From: Aduncisulcus paluster
Lineage: Eukaryota
DNA length: 44,466 nt
Direction: 5' to 3'
Assembly (NCBI GenBank): GCA_024181965.1
Contig: BQXS01012760.1
Location: 1 to 44,466, forward strand
How positions within the stretch are numbered: position 1 is the first letter of the stretch; each line of letters opens with the position of its first letter. The notes beneath the pieces were generated by a model, which was not told where the DNA came from, did no database searches, and saw only the letters and a program-made list of their open reading frames with translations. Made by a program: the position numbers and the translations under genes. Positions 38,141 to 44,466 of the stretch are shown piece by piece.

Positions 38141-39442
38141 CTAAATTCCTGCACCTTCTTCTTTTTTCTCTTTCGGTTCATGTACTCTCACTATTACTCC
38201 TTCAACGTCGATTTGTTCATTGTCTCTCATTCTTATTTCAATTGTACTCGTTTTAGTTATTGATTGTGGATATGATTGAATATCATCTCTTTCTTCTTCA
38301 GATTCCTCTTCCTCGTCTTCTCTTTCTTTCTTTCTGTCTGCCATTGGAGCCGGGGTAATATAATTTGCAAACAATATCGATGACGATGGTGTTTCTTCGA
38401 GTGAATGCCTCCATTTCTCCTCTCTTTTCTTGACAGATAGGGCTGGGGCTTCTGTGATATCAAGCGGGCTTGAAGGTGATTTAATTCCACCATATTTCGC
38501 TTCTTTTTCTCCTTCATCTTCTTCGGAATCATCTCCTATTATCTCGTCTTCTTCATCCATTCCTCGGTCAGTTAACCCTTTCACTTGGGCCGATGCTGGT
38601 TTTGATCCCCACCGTTGGGCGATAAGAGATGACAATGCTTTGAATACTTTCTCATTTTTCTCAGAACGATCTAACTCAATATATCTTATTTTGGAACCAG
38701 GATTAAATTCGAGAGCCTCAAGAATTATTTTGGCCGATTTATCGCGCAATACTTTGTTCTTTCCAAGAAGAAGCATTTCAATAGATTTGTTCACTCTCAG
38801 AATATCAGCCAGGGCAGCGACACCATCTAAATCAAGGTGGCAATGTCGAACATCAAGAACAGTCAAGCGAGGTCTCTTCTTTCTTGAAAGCTGTTTTACA
38901 AGCGGTCCAAATGCATCCGCTCCGTTCTTTCCAAATGCTGTGCCTCGCAACACTAACACTTCACATGCAGGTGCAATAGACGCTATCTTAGCTCCAAGTT
39001 TGGACGTGACTGCTGTGTTGTTACTGACTTCAAGTTTTGATAATATTCGTTTGTTGGCAACCATAGCATCGCTAAAAGCACTCATGGTTCTTGTTCCAAC
39101 CCTTGTTCCACTCAATGTGATCTCTTTTACATCTAAAGTTGCAAGGTGAGTGAGGATTTTGGCCGCTATTTTACCTTTGAACGCGGGATTGTTTATAATT
39201 TCAATTCGAATAGGGGTCTTTTCATTCGATAAATGAGAAAAAAAGTTGGCTATTGCAATTGGTTTGATGTGACCGTCGAATCGTACAAGAGAAGGTCTTA
39301 CTGGATGACCACAAAGAGCTACAGCTGCAGCATGCGCCTGAAATTCTGTTAAATGGGCTGTTATGATGAGAGCATTACACACTGTATTGATGGCTCTTCT
39401 GTATACTTCAATTTCAGTGGATAGAGTCTTGTTTTTTGGCAT
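38141..39442 (-). CDS. Leucine-rich repeat protein, RNI/RanGAP-like class, with acidic C-terminal tail, 433 aa
   Basis: Repeats VKEITLSGTRVG, LSKLEVSNN, CEVLVLRGTAFG, LTVLDVRHCHLDLDGVAALADILRVNKSIEMLLLGKN, IRYIELDR at roughly 28-aa spacing. Confidence 0.82.
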   Translation of the reverse strand: MPKNKTLSTEIEVYRRAINTVCNALIITAHLTEFQAHAAAVALCGHPVRPSLVRFDGHIKPIAIANFFSHLSNEKTPIRIEIINNPAFKGKIAAKILTHLATLDVKEITLSGTRVGTRTMSAFSDAMVANKRILSKLEVSNNTAVTSKLGAKIASIAPACEVLVLRGTAFGKNGADAFGPLVKQLSRKKRPRLTVLDVRHCHLDLDGVAALADILRVNKSIEMLLLGKNKVLRDKSAKIILEALEFNPGSKIRYIELDRSEKNEKVFKALSSLIAQRWGSKPASAQVKGLTDRGMDEEDEIIGDDSEEDEGEKEAKYGGIKSPSSPLDITEAPALSVKKREEKWRHSLEETPSSSILFANYITPAPMADRKKEREDEEEESEEERDDIQSYPQSITKTSTIEIRMRDNEQIDVEGVIVRVHEPKEKKEEGAGI

Positions 39443-39783
39443 ATCTTTAGTATTAGCTTATGGAATAATAATTCCAATGCAAAATGGTAATATGCAAATT
39501 TTTAATGTGGGATATGGCGGAAAAATTCTTCGTAATATCTCATGTAATCAATTGCGAATGCAAATGGTTTTCTAGAGGTTAGTATCGGTATTCTTTTCTA
39601 GCTGTGGTAAAATAAACTGTACTTATAGTATAAAATTCTTTTATGTGATATTTGTATTATTCCAAGCTGATTCTATTGTCACTTTGATTTTGAGTTGAGA
39701 GAATATCGTCTTGTCAAAATGGAATTCAGACTAAGTGTGAGAATTCTTCTTCGGTTAGATAATAATATCAAATATTATTCCCT

Positions 39784-42700
39784 ATGGCTTCAAAATTATA
39801 TCCATTAAGGGTTTTTGACAAAGAGTTCCTTGTAAATCTTGAACGACATCATTCAGCAAAAGGAACAAGGCATATTTTAAATCAAGATTTATTGAATGTT
39901 GTAAATCTTGTTTTATCAGCGTTTTTTATATATTATATTGGTACCCAGGTTCAATGGGGTTTATTAATCACATGCACGGATAAAGCTTGCTTTGCCAAGG
40001 CTCTCTTTAATGGATTCCGTATTAATTTTGCAAATAAGGGTTCAGTAATCATATTTGCCGTTACTATATTTGCCCAATTTTTTATTTTTTATCGCATATA
40101 CAAATTAATTCTTCACAAGAAGAATAATAAGAAAATTGATTCTTTGCTTGAAGAGGCGCATGCATTGAAATTACTTCATTCTGCGAATACTGAAGATCGG
40201 AAATACATACAAACCATGATATCTCCTGAATCACGAGTGTCTTCGTCGGACCCATCACCAAGACGCCATTCTTCACCAAAATATTCTGTGAAATCTCCAC
40301 GAAAATATAAAAGACATGCCAATTCAATTCAATGGTCCCATTTTATGCGTTCTGAATTTATTCCAACCACCCCTCCTCCAGTTCTTGCATCCTTGGCCCA
40401 TTCAAGGACTCTTCGACAGACGATGAAGGAAGCAGATGATAAAAAAGAGTGGGAAGGTCTTGATCAGCGAGAAGCAAATCCTCATGATTTTGATCCTGAT
40501 AAAGATGTGAGAACTGATGGCCTGGATGAAAGACGGGTGACCTCTGGTCGTCACAGAAGTCATTCCACATCTACTTCCAAAAGGAATGCATTGGTTTCTA
40601 ACCACAAGACGTATGATGATCCTGGTTTGTGCACAACCACAGTTTCATCCGAATGTCCCCATTCACCCGATGGGTTTTCTTCTCATCTTCTCCATGATTC
40701 TGTTGGCAAGGTGTTTGATCCAAAGCACATTCAATCCCTTGAGAGCTCTGTGTCAACATCTCATGAGGGCAAACATGATGATATTCCTCCAAGACATGTC
40801 ATCCCCATTCCCGATGTTCCTTCTTCTCCCACACTCCAACGTGTCCACCAACCACAACGATCTCCAACACATTCATTTATTCCGCCGAAAGTTGATGATG
40901 ACATTGATGACATTGAGACGAGTGATGAGGAGGTTGACGTGAGGGAGAGAAGAGATATCGGAGATCTGGATGACTCTGACTATTATGATCCTTCCAGTAC
41001 TTCGGAAGATACTAGTGAATTAAGCGATTACCATGATGATTTATACCCTCAATTGTCAAGGATTGATATGCTAGGAAAAGATGAGATTGATGACGATGGT
41101 ACGTATTCTGGACTCAAAGAAATGCTTCGACGAGAGAAACACGATTTTGAGGAAGAAAAGAGGGCGCGAATGAAGAGAAAGGGGAAAAAGAAACACAAAC
41201 ATAAAAAAAACCGCCGAGCAAGCTTGAGTCTTACCCCACTTCATAATAGAATTGATCCCGAGGAAGATAAAAGCGAAAGAAAGAAATTGGGCNNNNNNNN
41301 NNNNNNNNNNNNGGACTCAAAGAAATGCTTCGACGAGAGAAACACGATTTTGAGGAAGAAAAGAGGGCGCGAATGAAGAGAAAGGGGAAAAAGAAACACA
41401 AACATAAAAAAAACCGCCGAGCAAGCTTGAGTCTTACCCCACTTCATAATAGAATTGATCCCGAGGAAGATAAAAGCGAAAGAAAGAAATTGGGCCACTC
41501 TTCAAGTCATTTCCACCCATTCTATACTACAGATTTAGAAAGAAATCGATGGAATGCATATGAAACGGACGAAGCAAGCAGAAGTAAGGAAAACAAACTT
41601 GTATTCGCTCCCCCATCTGTCCATACAAGCATTCACAAGAGTGGTTTTGTTGGCAATATGCATGTAATGTTGCCTTATTTGAGCTATTTAGCCGAGATTA
41701 ATGGAGGTGGATTATTTCTCGATTCTCCGGAATATCTGTCCAAATATAGAGCTCATCATCTTCACACCGTTGCTCAGAAGTATGAATCATCGCCACCATG
41801 GTCTTTTTCTCCTTCTCCATCTGAATCGAATCCTTTTGATCACACCAAGTTACCTGTTCTCCTTCGAAATGAACTCATTCAAGCTCATGATCTTGACACA
41901 TACTTAAAGGAACAAGCATTGGAATCACTTCTAAAAATAGATAATGAGAAAGATTTTATCACTTGGGCTGTCATTGCCAAATGTAAACAAGAAGAGGATA
42001 TTCTTACTGCAATGATCCAGTGTGATGTTATTCCATTCCCACGATTGATTCCATTTGCTGGCAGGAAGTCTTTCTCACGGTGGCTAGAAGTGTGCATTAA
42101 AGGAATTATTGTACGATGGATTGTTAAGGGGCAGTTTCTCAATCCAAGAATAGTCTACGAAAATGCTAAGGATTTGTGTGAGCATGCAGATAGATTCTTT
42201 GATATTTTGGGATCTCGTGGAACTCAAAAGAAGAGAAAAGATATTTTGGATCCCCTTGATGGGACATCCTCCTCAAACCCGAAGAAAAAGAAGAAGAAGA
42301 GACGCAAGAAGACCCATCCGAAAGCCAAGCCCTCTGTTCCCCTCCACTCTGATCATATCTATGAATGCTATCAAGGAGACGATGAAGATGAGGATGATAT
42401 GTCCGAATATGTGACCCCTGTGACTGGTGATAAGAGGCCTTTACTTCCAAAATGTAAACCGAGTAAGAAGAAAGGAAAGAAAGATGGGAAGAAAAAGAAC
42501 TTGAGCGGGAAAAAGGTTGATATGGCTCCTCCATCAGCAATCTCTCCCTTCCAGTCATCAAACAATAACAGACCATACCCTTTCCCTTTTGCTTCTTCCT
42601 CTGAAATGAAACATTTCGAGCTTATGGAAGTTAAAAAGAAGAGATCGAATGCTTGGATATTCTTATCTCTCCGCTGTGTATTGTTTGGTCTCCTGCTTTT

Positions 42701-43763
42701 GCTTGTGGCTCCATTTGCTTTGTGCTATTCCCTTCTGGAGTTAATCATACAAGAAGGATCTAATGTAACCCAACACAAATTCAATTACAGTGTTGGCCAC
42801 TTCAGTCGGTATGCATTCTGGCGATGTAGACTATATGGAGAGCCCCAACAGGCTACAATTAACAGGATAGTTCCATCAGGACGTTCCATTTCCCTTTACA
42901 AGTCCTTTTTTTGTTCTCCCATCGTTCGTTCAGTTCTCAAGATCGTTCGTCTATTCTTGTCGCTAACAACTATTTCTGGAGCATTGATGGGGTTATCGAA
43001 CCCTTCATTCCTCTCTTCTCCTGTATTTACTTTCGCTAACACCACTTCGAGTGATGATATTATTTCAATTACAATTGGACAATGCCTTCTGTTCCTCGGT
43101 ATTGTAATTGGAATATTTAGCATGGAAATTGAGGAAAGAAAATACATTTCTGCAGATCCTGCACTTTCTTTATCGTCTGCAATGAAAAAACTTGCTATAT
43201 TCCCACCATCATGGCGTGGAAATCTTCTGTCTCCATCAACGGTCAAGGATGTTCAAGATCTGTGGGTATCTCGTTTTTCAACCCTCATGTCATCCATCTT
43301 AGCTGCTTTGCAGGTGCCGTTTACGATGTTTCGGATTGCGATGCCCTGGAATAGTGTGGCAATTGTTGAATTTTCCAAGAAGTGCATTGTTGATGTCGAA
43401 GGGGTTGGAGCCATTTGCATGTATGCTGCCATGTCTTTCTCTACTCACGGAAAGGAAACAAGGTCTTCATTAGATAATCATCTTCTCAATGGCATGGACT
43501 CTACAAAACCCCTCAAAGATGATGATCGAGGAAGAAAACCTTCGAAGAATGGGGGGAAATCATTGGACGATGACAAAACGTTGGACGATGACAAAACAAT
43601 TCAAAGAGCATTTTATCGAACTTTTATTCCACATCATCTGAGAGACCAAGAAGGAAGGATGGAATTATCGCTCCATAATTTCAAAACTGCTCTTGCATCA
43701 ATTCCGCAAGATGAAGAGACCGTGTTGTATGACAAATCTTATAAATCAACATTAAAACATTAA
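39784..43763 (+). CDS. ATG9: Autophagy lipid scramblase Atg9, divergent with large low-complexity insertions (~1258 aa after collapsing the gap duplication)
   Basis: Collinear Atg9 blocks: FLVNLERHHSAKG...VQWGLL; FSRWLE; LLLVAPFAL..SLL; FSRYAFWRCRLYGEPQQATINRI; SFFCSP; IVEFSKKCIVDVEGVGAICMYA; EGRMELSLHNF. 3980-203=3777 nt forms one open frame joining ORFs 39784 and 41325. Confidence 0.88.
41110..41495. repeat. 183-nt direct duplication (41110-41292 and 41313-41495) flanking the 20-N gap at 41293-41312 inside ATG9
   Basis: Identical sequence on both sides of the gap; collapsing it restores the reading frame. Confidence 0.92.
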
Positions 43764-44002
43764 AAATAACAATGTGGTTAGATTAAGATTCACTGGGCAT
43801 AATCAAGCTCAATATAATCAACAGTTTGATACAACAAGATATGATCAAGGGAATTAATGCATTCAAAGAAGGGTATATATAATACAACACAAACAAAACT
43901 AAAAAAAAAAGGTGAACAATGTACCGGAAACTCAAATCGCATTGAATAAATGTTCTTCAAGTTCAAGAACAGATATTACCAAGGAAAAACCATTCAATAG
44001 AA

Positions 44003-44466
44003 TCAAAAATAACATGTAACCTTAGTAACAGAATATTTCTTATATCTTGAAGAATCATCACTCAAAGCTCCATTTTCCTTCCACCATTCCATGGCACTAT
44101 CATATTTGGGAGAGATATGGGGACCAATTGATGGAACTACGGATAGCATCGAAATAAGTTCTGACCAGAATCGGATTCCCAGACGATGTTTTTTCTTCAT
44201 AATTGCTTCATACCAACCATCAAGAAGATCTTTAACCTGTTCATGGACTTCGTGGGCATGGGCTGGATCAATACATAAATTAGAAAATAATCGAATGACA
44301 AACCAGTATTCCTTTTTAATAATCTTTTTCTTGACCATCTCTTTCTTGACAATATCAAAAATTGGGGGACAGAATGGCCATAATTCAGAACAAATGGTTT
44401 TGTTTGGAATATTATCTTCGGGTAATCGTGAAATCTTTGAAAACATAATGATTAAAATTTCATAAT
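44003..44466 (-). CDS. C-terminal end of a fourth helical-module family gene, 5'-truncated by the window edge
   Basis: PNKTICSELWPF, LFSNLCIDPAH, VKDLLDGWYEAIMKKKH, WSELISMLS, ISPKYDSAMEW...GA closely match the last ~160 aa of the 4064 kinase. The frame stays open to the window end. Confidence 0.88.
   Translation of the reverse strand, partial: YEILIIMFSKISRLPEDNIPNKTICSELWPFCPPIFDIVKKEMVKKKIIKKEYWFVIRLFSNLCIDPAHAHEVHEQVKDLLDGWYEAIMKKKHRLGIRFWSELISMLSVVPSIGPHISPKYDSAMEWWKENGALSDDSSRYKKYSVTKVTCYF

Noticed and set aside
38430-39149. 239-aa plus-strand ORF
   Set aside because: Antisense shadow of the LRR gene, with a TTG start and no recognisable motifs.
8572-41495. Direct repeats flanking N gaps interpreted as LTRs or real tandem duplications
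   Set aside because: Each pair abuts a fixed 20-N gap and is near-identical; for the two pairs lying within coding sequence, collapsing them restores the frame. This is the pattern of unmerged contig overlaps.
1-44466. Alternative genetic code (TAR=Gln as in hexamitid diplomonads)
   Set aside because: Long conserved genes are open in the standard code and end at TAA, TAG or TGA at expected positions.

Overview
Gene-dense, intron-poor eukaryotic DNA in the standard genetic code, with AT-rich intergenic spacers of about 80-2000 bp. It is not prokaryotic. Gene content and style suggest an anaerobic flagellate of the Fornicata, probably a Carpediemonas-like organism such as Aduncisulcus paluster: cyanobacterial/plastid-type glucose-6-phosphate isomerase, a prokaryote-type flavoredoxin, an AK8-like adenylate kinase, short GTATGT...YAG introns and AT-rich sequence abutting the ATG. 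This assignment is recognition/inference, not a search result. About 21 protein genes and one tRNA-Glu(TTC) are supportable. They include an OTU deubiquitinase, a possible Exo84-like tether, Rei1/ZNF622, a Yaf9-like YEATS protein, p24, an EGF-vWA receptor, a membrane-anchored calpain, GPI, an ataxin-10-like protein, an LRR protein and a large divergent Atg9. The most striking signal is an uncharacterised ~280-350 aa helical module that occurs six times in four dispersed genes with shuffled architectures: (1) kinase+module(degenerate)+module+CaaX, (2) module+module+pseudokinase, (3) module+unknown domain, (4) a truncated fourth gene. Two spliceosomal introns were reconstructed by eye. The draft assembly has five 20-N gaps, four of them flanked by near-perfect duplications, plus a chimeric 32-nt fragment, a triplicated gene end and a 1-nt frameshift. 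These split or distort several genes.
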